Under the pieces are notes generated by a model. It was not told where the DNA came from. It saw only the letters and a list, made by a program, of their open reading frames with translations, and did not search any database. This document shows positions 31,485-41,235 of a DNA stretch of 64,000 nt, in pieces; the first letter of the stretch is position 1, and the number at the start of each line of letters is the position of its first letter. Made by a program: the position numbers and the translations under genes. The DNA comes from Nitrosopumilus sp. (GTDB taxonomy: Archaea > Thermoproteota > Nitrososphaeria > Nitrososphaerales > Nitrosopumilaceae), in contig OZ242186.1 of the NCBI GenBank assembly GCA_965205675.1, positions 1,920,001 through 1,984,000 of the forward strand, in the 5' to 3' direction.

Positions 31485-31576
31485 TTACACCAACTAAACC
31501 AAGTGTAAATAAAACTACAGTGATAATTGGTATTGAATCAAAAATTCCTGCCATTATTTAACCTAAGAAGAGGCCA

Positions 31577-32236
31577 TTAAAAATCTTCACTATTATCGGA
31601 AAGTCCAATTTTATTAATTCTGTAAGAGAAATTTTCTTTTTTTAATGCCCAATAAATTTGACCAGTAAATTTTGATGAATTTTTAAAAAGATGTATTTTG
31701 ATATGGGTAAAAGGATCAATTGCATTTTGCATATTTTCTACTTCCATATCATTTACAATTCTAATCATGTTAGTAATTATAATTGGAATTTTTTTTATAA
31801 TTGCAAACTTTGATAGCTCATGCATGTATTTCATAAATAATAGATTTTTTTCAAATGTATATTCATTTTTTTGATATTCATATGAAAATAAATCAGTGAT
31901 GTTATCAATCACGATTAAAGAAAAATTATTATTTTCAATATTATGAATTGATTTGATTTGTTCTGAAGTATTTGTGATTCTAGATACAGTTATTTTTTCC
32001 AACAGGTTAGTCTCTATTTTTAATGCTTTTTGAATTTCAATAATTCGTTCAGGCCTAAATCCACCAGTCGTATCCAAATACAAAACATTGCCACCATTTT
32101 TAATTGAATTTATACACAATTGTAGTAAGAATAGGGTTTTACCAGTTCCATTTCCACCGAATATGTCAACGATTACATTATCAGGAATTCCTCCAGACAA
32201 GAATCTGTCTAATTTTTGTAAGCCAGTAGAGATCAT
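31577..32236 (-). CDS. RadA/RadB-like RecA-family ATPase (no N-terminal HhH domain)
   Basis: ISTGLQKLDRFLSGGI, Walker A GGNGTGKT, YLDTTGGFRPERI, LIVIDNI. Confidence 0.8.
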   Translation of the reverse strand: MISTGLQKLDRFLSGGIPDNVIVDIFGGNGTGKTLFLLQLCINSIKNGGNVLYLDTTGGFRPERIIEIQKALKIETNLLEKITVSRITNTSEQIKSIHNIENNNFSLIVIDNITDLFSYEYQKNEYTFEKNLLFMKYMHELSKFAIIKKIPIIITNMIRIVNDMEVENMQNAIDPFTHIKIHLFKNSSKFTGQIYWALKKENFSYRINKIGLSDNSEDF

Positions 32237-32344
32237 TTGGATAAGTATTAGAAAAAGAAGAAAAAATTTAAGGAATTTCTATTTTCATAAAAGAGGTAAG
32301 GCTTTTATGCTAGAGAACAAAGTTGCAAAACAAGTGAACAATTA

Positions 32345-32590
32345 GTGTCCCAACCAAATAGCGCAAAAAGACCTCTAACGACCCTTCAAAAAAGCACCAA
32401 GAAGAAAGTTACTGTAAGACTAAAAAACGAAGTAGAGTATAAAGGGAAAATGGATAATGTTGATTCGTATATGAATTTGATAATGACTGATGCTGAAGAG
32501 CTTCATGATGGTAAGACAATTGCAAATTATGGTAGAGTAATCGTAAGAGGCAATAATGTATTATTTATCAAACTAGAAAACGAACTCTAG
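32345..32590 (+). CDS. Lsm/SmAP RNA-binding protein
   Basis: Sm1 VRLKN..EYKGKM..VDSYMNLIM and Sm2 VIVRGNNV. Confidence 0.93.
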   Translation: MSQPNSAKRPLTTLQKSTKKKVTVRLKNEVEYKGKMDNVDSYMNLIMTDAEELHDGKTIANYGRVIVRGNNVLFIKLENEL

Positions 32591-32608
32591 TTAATGAGAT
32601 ATAGTTTT

Positions 32609-33775
32609 ATGACTAATAATTTTCTATTTACCTCCGAATCGGTAACTGAAGGACATCCAGACAAAATATGTGATAATATTTCTGATGCATTTTTAGATGA
32701 ATATCTTAGGCAAGATCCCAATTCTAGAGTTGCAGTTGAAACAATGGTTACAACTGATTATGTAGTTGTGTCAGGAGAAGTTACATCAAAAGCAGAATTT
32801 GATCAAAAAGCTCAAGAGGAATTAGTTAGAAAAACAATAAAAGAAATCGGTTATGATAACAAAGATTTAATGTTTGATGGAGATAGCTGCAAAGTTGATT
32901 TAAAACTTCATTCACAGAGTCCAGATATTAGTCAGGGTGTAACAGCTACTGAGGAAAAAGAACAAGGTGCAGGTGATCAAGGTTTAATGTTTGGTTATGC
33001 ATCAAATGAAACAACAGAATTAATGCCTATGCCAATTTTACTTGCACATAAACTGATTCAAAAATTATCACAAGTGCGAAGAGATCAATCTTTATCATGG
33101 GTTAGACCAGATGGGAAATCACAAGTGTCTGTAAGATATGAAGATAACAAGCCTACAAAAATTGAAACAGTAGTCATATCAACACAGCATGCTCCAGATA
33201 TATCTCAAGAAGAAATTTCAAGAGAAATTATTGATAAAGTTATCAAACCTATTTTAGGGAATCTTTGGAATGATGATATTAAAACTCACATAAACCCCAC
33301 AGGAAAATTTGTAATTGGAGGTCCACATGGCGATGCAGGATTGACTGGGAGAAAGATTATTGTTGATAGTTATGGAGGATTTGGAAGACATGGTGGTGGA
33401 GCTTTTTCAGGAAAGGATCCATCCAAAGTAGACAGATCTGCATGTTACATGTGTAGATATATTGCAAAGAATTTAGTTGCATCAGGATTAGCAGATAGAT
33501 GCGAAGTCCAACTTGCATATGCAATTGGTGTAGCAGAACCAGTTTCGCTTTATGTAAATACATTTGGAACAAACAAAATTCCAGAAAACCAAATTGAGGA
33601 TTTAGTCAGCAAAAATTTTGATATGAAACCATCAGGAATCATATCTGAGTTAGATTTGAAGAGACCAATTTACAAAAAAACAGCAGCTTATGGTCATTTT
33701 GGAAGAAATGAACCCGAGTTTACTTGGGAAAAAACAGACAAAGCCGAGACTTTAAAACAAGCTGCCGGATTGTAA
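32609..33775 (+). CDS. metK: S-adenosylmethionine synthetase (bacterial/eukaryal-type MetK)
   Basis: [51 protein letters not shown]; ORF track starts at 32594. Confidence 0.96.
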   Translation: MTNNFLFTSESVTEGHPDKICDNISDAFLDEYLRQDPNSRVAVETMVTTDYVVVSGEVTSKAEFDQKAQEELVRKTIKEIGYDNKDLMFDGDSCKVDLKLHSQSPDISQGVTATEEKEQGAGDQGLMFGYASNETTELMPMPILLAHKLIQKLSQVRRDQSLSWVRPDGKSQVSVRYEDNKPTKIETVVISTQHAPDISQEEISREIIDKVIKPILGNLWNDDIKTHINPTGKFVIGGPHGDAGLTGRKIIVDSYGGFGRHGGGAFSGKDPSKVDRSACYMCRYIAKNLVASGLADRCEVQLAYAIGVAEPVSLYVNTFGTNKIPENQIEDLVSKNFDMKPSGIISELDLKRPIYKKTAAYGHFGRNEPEFTWEKTDKAETLKQAAGL

Positions 33776-34621
33776 TAATTTTAGTATAGATTGAAATTTA
33801 ATTTTGGATATCTTAGATAGTTGTTTATGATTTCCTTGAAAATTACCTATTAGTATATTGAGATCATCAATTCCAAAATTAGATTTTGAATTCACTATTG
33901 CATTATGATATGCTTCTTCAAGATTGATTTTTTTAATTTTAGTTTTAGTACCTTTTGAAAAAAGTTTTACATATTTTTCAAATGTAATACAGTCAGGACC
34001 TACAAGATCAATAATCTTGTTTTCAAATTTTTGTTGATATATAGATTCAAAGATGATTTTGGTGACATCAGATACATGTATTGGTTGAATTGAATATCTT
34101 CCAGAACCAGGAATTGTAATTTCTCCAAATTTGATTTGTTTTTTAAGGTTTTTTGATAATAAGTCATCCTTACCAATAATATATGATGGTCTAAAAATTA
34201 TAAAATTTAAACGAGAATCAATAATTTGTTTTTCTGCATTATACTTTGAAATAAAATAACTTAAGGATGTATTTGGAGATACACCTAAACCACTTAAAAA
34301 AATAATTTTTTTTATTCTAGCTTTTCTACTTAAATTTAGAATATGTTTTGTTAAATTAGTATGTATCATATCAAAATTAGTATTTACAGATTGTTTTCCT
34401 ATTCCAACAAGATGAATTAAGACATCTGAGTTTTGTATTTTTTTAATTATACTTTTTTCTTCATAATTTTTTGATATAATTTTAGTCTCACATTTAAAAT
34501 TCTTAAAATCTTTTCGGGATATTGAGATTAACTCAATGTTTTTTTCTGATAAATATTTTCGAAGATTTTTTCCAATAAATCCACTAGCTCCAGTAACAAC
34601 AATTTTTAGAGATTTAACCAT
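33752..34621 (-). CDS. NAD-dependent epimerase/dehydratase (atypical SDR, NDUFA9-like)
   Basis: [29 protein letters not shown]. Confidence 0.8.
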   Translation of the reverse strand: MVKSLKIVVTGASGFIGKNLRKYLSEKNIELISISRKDFKNFKCETKIISKNYEEKSIIKKIQNSDVLIHLVGIGKQSVNTNFDMIHTNLTKHILNLSRKARIKKIIFLSGLGVSPNTSLSYFISKYNAEKQIIDSRLNFIIFRPSYIIGKDDLLSKNLKKQIKFGEITIPGSGRYSIQPIHVSDVTKIIFESIYQQKFENKIIDLVGPDCITFEKYVKLFSKGTKTKIKKINLEEAYHNAIVNSKSNFGIDDLNILIGNFQGNHKQLSKISKIKFQSILKLLQSGSLF

Positions 34622-34717
34622 AATAAAATAGAGTTTGTTTTAATTTTAAATCTATTTGAATAATTTTCAAAAATTATGAAATAAGAGTTAATACTATAAA
34701 ATGAATACAAGTATATC

Positions 34718-35806
34718 GTGGAAGAAGGGAAGAAAAAACTAAAAACAGGTTATACTACAGGAAGTTCTGCTACAGCTGCATCAAAAGCTGCATTATTATC
34801 AATAATCAATCAAAAAAAAATTGAAAATGTAGATATTTTATTACCAAAAAGATCCTATGCCCAAATTCCAATCCATTTATGTGAATTTCAATCTGATAAA
34901 GCAAAATGTTCGGTAATTAAAAATGGTGGAGATGATCCTGATGTTACTCATGGAGCAGAGATTATTGTAGAGTTATCATTTATTAAAAAAATTAACGAAA
35001 TTGAAATTGAGGGTGGAGAAGGAGTAGGCATAGTGACTAAACCAGGATTAGGTTTGGAAATTAACAAACCTGCAATCAACCCAATTCCTAAGAAAATGAT
35101 TGTTGAAAATCTAAGAGAGGTTGGAGGAAAAATTCTTTTAGAGAAAGGAATCAAAGTGATTATTTCAGTACCTAAAGGAAAAGAGTTAGGGCCAAAAACA
35201 GATAATCCAAGATTAGGAATTATTAATGGAATTTCAATTTTAGGAACAAGTGGAATTGTTATTCCATTTTCTACAGCCGCTTATGCAGCATCAATTAGAC
35301 AAAATTTGGATGTTGTGATTGCATCTGATAATAATATAGTAGTACTTACAACTGGTGGAAGAAGTGAAGATTTTGCAAAAAAAATCGTAGATTTACCTGA
35401 ACATTGTTTTGTACAGATAGGTGATTTTTCAGGATATGCAATTCAACAATGTGGAAAAAAAGAGATCAAAAAAGCATATGTTGTAGGCTTTATTGGAAAG
35501 CTAGCAAAAATGGCAGCAGGAGTTAAACAAACTCACGTAAAAGGATCTAAAGTAGATATGGGTTTTTTAGCAGAATTAGCTCAAAAATGTAATGCTAATG
35601 AAAGTGTAATTCAAGATATTAAAAAAGCAAATACAGCTAGACATGTTTCAGAGATTATTCAAAACAATAAGATCGCAGGATTTTTTGATTTGATTAGTAG
35701 TGAAACACACAAACACATGAGAAAACATTCTGAAGAAAAAGTTCCAATTGATGTAATATTGTTTGATTTTGAAGGAAATATTTTGGCTAGAAAGTCTGAA
35801 CAGTAA
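34718..35806 (+). CDS. cbiD: Cobalt-precorrin-5B C1-methyltransferase
   Basis: GYTTGSSATAA, KNGGDDPDVTHG, PAINPIP, NPRLGIINGISILGTSG. Confidence 0.95.
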   Translation: MEEGKKKLKTGYTTGSSATAASKAALLSIINQKKIENVDILLPKRSYAQIPIHLCEFQSDKAKCSVIKNGGDDPDVTHGAEIIVELSFIKKINEIEIEGGEGVGIVTKPGLGLEINKPAINPIPKKMIVENLREVGGKILLEKGIKVIISVPKGKELGPKTDNPRLGIINGISILGTSGIVIPFSTAAYAASIRQNLDVVIASDNNIVVLTTGGRSEDFAKKIVDLPEHCFVQIGDFSGYAIQQCGKKEIKKAYVVGFIGKLAKMAAGVKQTHVKGSKVDMGFLAELAQKCNANESVIQDIKKANTARHVSEIIQNNKIAGFFDLISSETHKHMRKHSEEKVPIDVILFDFEGNILARKSEQ

Positions 35807-35831
35807 GGTATTTTATTAATGTTGGAAGATT

Positions 35832-36890
35832 TTGATTGTGGATAAAACTTCAGTTCTCGTAATTACTAAAAATGGAATAAAGATTGGAGGGAATTTAAAA
35901 AAAATATTTCCAGATTGGAATGTGTTTGCTCCTTCAAAATTAACTACTGGAGTAACAGGCATTACATGGTATTCTGAGCCTACAACAGAGAAAATTGTTG
36001 AGCTTTTTAAAAATAATAATGCATTAATCTGTGTTTTTTCATTAGGTGCAGTAATCAGATTAATTTCTCCATATTTGAAAGATAAAAAAACAGATCCTGC
36101 AGTTATTGTAATTGATGATAAAACAAATTTTGTAATTAGTGTTTTGTCAGGACATATAGGAGGAGCCAATGAACTTACTGAAAAAATTGCAAAAAAACTG
36201 GAAGCATTGCCTGTAATTACTACAGCAGCTGATGTAAATAAAACAATTTCAGTTGACCTAGTAGGAAAAGAGTTTAGTTGGAAAATAGATGACGATTCTA
36301 CTGTAACAAAAATTAGTGCACATATGGTAAATGAAGAACCAATAGGTATCTTTCAAGAAGCAGGGGAGAAAAATTGGTATAAAAAATTACCAAAAAATGT
36401 TGTAAGTTATGAAAGTATGAAAGAATTAAAAAAATCAAATTCTAAAGCTCATCTTATAATTTCTGATAAGATAATTGATGATAAAATATCTAAAGAATCT
36501 GTAATATACCGTCCTCCAAGTTTAGTAATTGGAATTGGATTACATTGGGATACTACAAAAGAAACCATTAGAGAAGGAATTGATTTTTGTTTAGAAAAAT
36601 TTAAACTAAGTTCAAAATCAATTGCAAAATTAGTATCAATAAAAAAACCAGAAGATATACAAGGATTAATAGATCTTGGAAAAGAAATGAGAATTCCTGT
36701 AGAGTATGTAAATAGGGAAGATTTGGCCGAAATTTCTGCTCCAAATCCTTCTGAAACCGTAAAAGCCTTTGAAGGAACTGCAAGTGTTTCAGAAGCTGCT
36801 GCAATCAAAATATCCAAAGGTGAATTGATAGTAGAAAAACAGAAATTCCCACCAAATTTGACCATAGCTATAGCGAGGATTATGAATTGA
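35832..36890 (+). CDS. cbiG: Cobalt-precorrin-5A hydrolase
   Basis: DKKTDPAVIVID, SGHIGGAN, VITTAAD, GIG, SVSEAAA. Confidence 0.93.
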   Translation: MIVDKTSVLVITKNGIKIGGNLKKIFPDWNVFAPSKLTTGVTGITWYSEPTTEKIVELFKNNNALICVFSLGAVIRLISPYLKDKKTDPAVIVIDDKTNFVISVLSGHIGGANELTEKIAKKLEALPVITTAADVNKTISVDLVGKEFSWKIDDDSTVTKISAHMVNEEPIGIFQEAGEKNWYKKLPKNVVSYESMKELKKSNSKAHLIISDKIIDDKISKESVIYRPPSLVIGIGLHWDTTKETIREGIDFCLEKFKLSSKSIAKLVSIKKPEDIQGLIDLGKEMRIPVEYVNREDLAEISAPNPSETVKAFEGTASVSEAAAIKISKGELIVEKQKFPPNLTIAIARIMN

Positions 36891-37639
36891 GGCGAGGACT
36901 ACTACTAATTGATAGGGGAAGTAGAGAAAGAGAAGCATCTGAAGAATTAGATGTGATTTGTCAAGGGATTCAGGCAAAAGGAGATTATGTTTTCACAGAT
37001 TTTTGTTTTTTAGAGGTAGAACCACCGTATATTGAAGATGGAATTCCCAAGTGTTTAAATCAAGACATTGATTTTTTGACTATAGTTCCCTACTTTTTGT
37101 ATCCTGGTAAAAAAGTAAAAAATGCAGTTACAGAAGTAATGAAATTTCAAAAAAATACCAAAGTGAAATTTGTAGTTACAAAACAAATGAGTATGCATAA
37201 AACTTTGGTAGATGTAGTTGGAAATAGAATATCTACAACACTAAAAGAAAATCAAATAACACTTTCAAATAATGAAGTAGATGTAATGATTATTGGACAT
37301 GGAAGTAAGGATCCTAATGCACAAAGATCTTTAGATTATATTGTAAATGAATTAACTGATTCATATAGGAATGTTAGCAGATGTTGGCTAGAAATAGAAC
37401 AACCTGATATTTTTGAAGGAATTAAAAAATGTGAAAAAAATAATCCTAAAGTATTGATAATTGTATTCTATTTTCTACATGAAGGTGCACATGTTAAAAC
37501 TGATATTAATAATGATTTGATACCAGCGTTGGAAAAATCTACTATTGATAAAGCATACATTACAAAACATATAGGAACCGATCAGAAAATGATTGATTTG
37601 ATATTAGAAAGAGCAAAAGAGGTAGAAGATGCAAACTAA
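36887..37639 (+). CDS. cbiX: Sirohydrochlorin cobaltochelatase (two-domain CbiX)
   Basis: FLEVEPP, VPYFL, GHGSKD, FLHEGAHVKTDI. Confidence 0.88.
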   Translation: MRRGLLLIDRGSREREASEELDVICQGIQAKGDYVFTDFCFLEVEPPYIEDGIPKCLNQDIDFLTIVPYFLYPGKKVKNAVTEVMKFQKNTKVKFVVTKQMSMHKTLVDVVGNRISTTLKENQITLSNNEVDVMIIGHGSKDPNAQRSLDYIVNELTDSYRNVSRCWLEIEQPDIFEGIKKCEKNNPKVLIIVFYFLHEGAHVKTDINNDLIPALEKSTIDKAYITKHIGTDQKMIDLILERAKEVEDAN

Positions 37640-38270
37640 GAAAGGTCAATCAATTGAAGATGCAAGTATGCAAATGATTGAAGATGAAATAGGTTTACAT
37701 GAATTTGATGAAAAAGAATGGCCAATTGTTAAAAGAATCATTCATTCAACGGCAGATTTTGATTTTGCAAATAAAAATAAATTAATTTTTCACAAAGATG
37801 CAATTGAAAATGGAATGAGGGCTTTGAAAAATGGTTGCAGTATAGTAACAGATGTTAATGGAGTGATTGGAGGAATGAATAAACAAAATCCAAAGGATTT
37901 TGGAAATGACATAATTTGTAATATTTCAAAACCAGAAATCATGGAATTGGCAAAAAAAGAAGGTAAAACACGCTCCCAAGTGTCTATGAGAGAAACAATC
38001 TCAGACATTGATGGAGGAGTTGTGGCGATAGGAAATGCACCTACTGCTCTTCAAGAAGTAATTCAAATGGTCAAAGAAGGCATAGTTAAACCCGCTTTAA
38101 TTATAGGTATTCCAGTAGGATTCATCTGTGCTGCTGAATCAAAAGAAGAACTAACAAAGTTAGAAGATGTTCCTTTTATCACAAATTTGGGTAGAAAAGG
38201 AGGTAGTGCTGCAGTTTCTGCTACAATTAATGCAATTTTTAAATTAGTTAGAGCAGAATCATCTTTTTGA
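37629..38270 (+). CDS. cbiC: Precorrin-8X methylmutase
   Basis: RIIHSTADF, AIGNAPTAL, GIPVGFI, GRKGGS. Confidence 0.94.
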   Translation: MQTKKGQSIEDASMQMIEDEIGLHEFDEKEWPIVKRIIHSTADFDFANKNKLIFHKDAIENGMRALKNGCSIVTDVNGVIGGMNKQNPKDFGNDIICNISKPEIMELAKKEGKTRSQVSMRETISDIDGGVVAIGNAPTALQEVIQMVKEGIVKPALIIGIPVGFICAAESKEELTKLEDVPFITNLGRKGGSAAVSATINAIFKLVRAESSF

Positions 38271-39614
38271 AGATTTAATGCAATTTTTAACAAAAACTTT
38301 TGCATAATTTGAGCTATCAAAATACAAATGGCCATAAGATGCCATGGTATTATCTTGAATCAACCCATCTTGATGTTTTTTAATTCCTTCGCCTATTTCT
38401 AAAGTATAAGCAAATTTTGAATCAGATGATACAGAATCTAAATGAGAGTAATGAAATTCATGTCCTTGAAAGTTGTATGGTTTGTCAGTAATTGGGCTTT
38501 TTGAAATAATCTTACCTTTTGTATAATTTAATATCATATTCTTGGTCATTTTAGTTTCAGCATCAAATAATCCAATCATTTTGTATTTTTTATTTTTAGA
38601 TAAAATTGATTTTGTTAGATACATCAACCCTCCACATTCAGCATAAATAGGAATATTATCTTCAGATAATTTTTTTATTGAGTTTTTCATGATTTGGTTT
38701 TTTTCAAGAGAGTTACCTAAAACTTCAGGAAATCCACCGCCAATGTAAAGACCATTACATTTTGGAATTTTTTTGTCTTTGACAGGACTAAAGAATTTTA
38801 ATTTTGCACCTTCACGACGTAATGCTTCTAAATTATCTTGATAATAGAAATTAAATGAAGTGTCAAGCGCAACTCCAATAGTAGTTTTAATTTTTTTATG
38901 TACAGGTTTAGATTTTTTAGTAAGATCAAATGAATTTTTTGTTATTTTTATAATTTGATTAATATCAATATTTTTTGAAATGATTTTAGATATTTCCTTA
39001 ATTTGTTTTTTGAGAATTTTACTCTCTAATGTTGAAATTAATCCAAGATGTCTAGAAGACATATTCAATGAAGAGTTTTTTGGGACAATGCCAACAATTG
39101 GAATTTTAGTTTTTTCTAAAGCACTTCTACACAAAAATTCATGTTTTTTACTTCCTATTTTGTTAAGAATTATTCCCGAAATACAAGAATTTTTATGAAA
39201 TTTTAAGAATCCAAGAGCAGTTGCAGCAATAGAACGTGAAGTTTTGCTTGCATCTAAAACTAGTATCACATGTGATTTAGTTAGTGTAGCTATATGATGA
39301 GTGCTAGCATAGTTTGAATTTCCATCAAATCCATCATAGTATCCCATAACACCTTCAATCACAGACACATCAGATTTGGAATTAAAAAGAAAACTATTCA
39401 ATAATTGATTTTGGCCCATAAGCCATGCATCTAAATTGTATGTTTGATTGTTTGAAATACTTGAAAGATAACTAGGATCAATGTAATCAGGTCCAACTTT
39501 AAACGGTTGAACTGACAAACCATTTTTTTGTAAAGCATAAATTATTGAACATGTAATTGATGTCTTTCCAACTCCACTAGTAGCACCCGCAATTACAATT
39601 CGAGGAATTCTCAA
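38259..39614 (-). CDS. cbiA: Cobyrinate a,c-diamide synthase
   Basis: SGVGKT, FKVGPDYIDP, IEGVMG, YIGGGFPE, AECGGLMYL, GHEFHYS. Confidence 0.94.
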   Translation of the reverse strand: MRIPRIVIAGATSGVGKTSITCSIIYALQKNGLSVQPFKVGPDYIDPSYLSSISNNQTYNLDAWLMGQNQLLNSFLFNSKSDVSVIEGVMGYYDGFDGNSNYASTHHIATLTKSHVILVLDASKTSRSIAATALGFLKFHKNSCISGIILNKIGSKKHEFLCRSALEKTKIPIVGIVPKNSSLNMSSRHLGLISTLESKILKKQIKEISKIISKNIDINQIIKITKNSFDLTKKSKPVHKKIKTTIGVALDTSFNFYYQDNLEALRREGAKLKFFSPVKDKKIPKCNGLYIGGGFPEVLGNSLEKNQIMKNSIKKLSEDNIPIYAECGGLMYLTKSILSKNKKYKMIGLFDAETKMTKNMILNYTKGKIISKSPITDKPYNFQGHEFHYSHLDSVSSDSKFAYTLEIGEGIKKHQDGLIQDNTMASYGHLYFDSSNYAKVFVKNCIKSSKR

Positions 39615-39699
39615 TTTGTATGACTAGGATTATTTTTTATTTAAATTGATAGATTAGCGAATACTCAATGTTTTTAGTTAGATCTATTGAATGTAATTT

Positions 39700-40233
39700 A
39701 TGGAAAATGAAGGTTTGACAATTGTTTATACTGGAAAAGGTAAAGGTAAAACAACAGCAGCTTTAGGAATTGCTTTACGTGCTACAGGGTATGAAAAGAA
39801 AATTTGTATGATTCAGTTCATTAAAGGTTCGTGGCATTATGGTGAAATAGATTCATCTAAAAGACTTGAACCTGAATTTGAAATGATTGCAGTAGGTAAA
39901 GGATTTGTAGGAATAATTGACGATAAAAGTCCAAAAGAAGATCACAAAAAAGTAGCAAAAGAGGCAATTAGAATTAGTAATGAAAAAATTCAATCAGGAA
40001 ATTATGATATTGTAATTTTAGATGAGATAAACTATGCAGTCAATCTCAATTTGATTTCAGTAGATGATGTACTGAGTATCATAAAATTAAAACCAAAAAA
40101 TGTAGATTTGGTATTAACAGGAAATTATGCTAAAGATGAAATCATAGAGATTGCGGATCTAGTTACAGAAATGAGAGAGATAAAACATCCATTTCAACAA
40201 GGAATTAAAGCAAAGAAGGGCATTGATTTCTAG
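39700..40233 (+). CDS. cobO: Cob(I)yrinic acid a,c-diamide adenosyltransferase
   Basis: YTGKGKGKTTAALG, QFIKG, ILDEIN, ADLVTEM..IKHPF..GI.A.KGIDF. Confidence 0.94.
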   Translation: MENEGLTIVYTGKGKGKTTAALGIALRATGYEKKICMIQFIKGSWHYGEIDSSKRLEPEFEMIAVGKGFVGIIDDKSPKEDHKKVAKEAIRISNEKIQSGNYDIVILDEINYAVNLNLISVDDVLSIIKLKPKNVDLVLTGNYAKDEIIEIADLVTEMREIKHPFQQGIKAKKGIDF

Positions 40234-40274
40234 TCAGCAAACATTAATTTACACATGAAGAAGTTTTAGAAGAA

Positions 40275-41072
40275 ATGTCTACTGAAATCCAAGAAATGCC
40301 TGAACAGGGTGAAATTATTCTTGCAACAATCACCAAAGTAATGGATCATGGGGCATATGTTACACTAGATGAATATGATGATATTCAGGGATTTTTGCAT
40401 ATTTCAGAAATTGCTCCGGGTTGGATTAGATCAGTAAATAGATTTGTCAAAGATGGGGAGAAAAAAGTTCTTTTAGTAAAAAAAATAAATACTCAAAGAG
40501 GGGACATAGATCTTTCGTTAAAACAAGTTTCAAAAGATCAGAAAAAGCAAAAGCTAAAAGAAGTTAAAAAATTTGAAAAAGGCAAAACACTGTTACAGAA
40601 TGTTCAAGAAAAAGCAAAATTATCAGATAAAGAAATAGAAAAATTAGAAGATAGTATTTACTCAAAATTTGATTCAATTTATGATGCTTTCATATCTATT
40701 GGAAGAAATGGAATAGATTCAATAAAAGAATTAAAACTTGCAAAGAAAACTGTGACAGTAATTGAGGATATTTGTTCAAAAATTAAACTACCTTCAGTAG
40801 AAATTAGAGGCATAATGGAAATTACAAACAACAAATCCGATGGCGTTGAGATAATTAAAAAAACACTATTAGATGTTATCAAGAAAGATTCTACTGTAGA
40901 TATTACTTACTTAGGTGCACCAAAATATAGATTGTCAATAACTTCAGAAGATTTCAAATCAGCTGAGAAATTATTAAAGCCAATTATTGAAGAAGTTGGG
41001 AATAACATACAAAAGAAAAAAGGATCATTCAAATTTACAAGAGAAGATTCAAAGAAAACAAGAGAAAATTAA
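40275..41072 (+). CDS. eif2a: Translation initiation factor aIF2 alpha
   Basis: S1 domain PEQGEIILAT..GAYVTLDEY..GFLHISEI; GDIDLSLK; YLGAPKYR. Confidence 0.94.
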   Translation: MSTEIQEMPEQGEIILATITKVMDHGAYVTLDEYDDIQGFLHISEIAPGWIRSVNRFVKDGEKKVLLVKKINTQRGDIDLSLKQVSKDQKKQKLKEVKKFEKGKTLLQNVQEKAKLSDKEIEKLEDSIYSKFDSIYDAFISIGRNGIDSIKELKLAKKTVTVIEDICSKIKLPSVEIRGIMEITNNKSDGVEIIKKTLLDVIKKDSTVDITYLGAPKYRLSITSEDFKSAEKLLKPIIEEVGNNIQKKKGSFKFTREDSKKTREN

Positions 41073-41073
41073 A

Positions 41074-41235
41074 ATGAGATTTTTATTAAGAAAATGCTCA
41101 AAATGTAATCATTATACATTAAAAGAAAAATGTCCAAAATGTAGTGAAGAGACTGTTTCTGTTCATCCTGCTAAATTCTCACCAGACGATAAATACATGA
41201 GATATAGATTAGCAGAGAGATATTCAAAAAATTAG
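41074..41235 (+). CDS. nop10: H/ACA RNP protein Nop10
   Basis: MRFLLRKCSKCNHYTLKEKCPKC...HPAKFSPDDKYMRYR; canonical position after aIF2 alpha. Confidence 0.94.
   Translation: MRFLLRKCSKCNHYTLKEKCPKCSEETVSVHPAKFSPDDKYMRYRLAERYSKN

Noticed and set aside
34718-40233. Cobalamin gene cluster as a novelty
   Set aside because: B12 synthesis is a well-established trait of ammonia-oxidising archaea.
40987-41073. N-terminal extension of Nop10 given by the ORF track
   Set aside because: It overlaps the aIF2 alpha 3' end; ATG 41074 gives a canonical-length Nop10.
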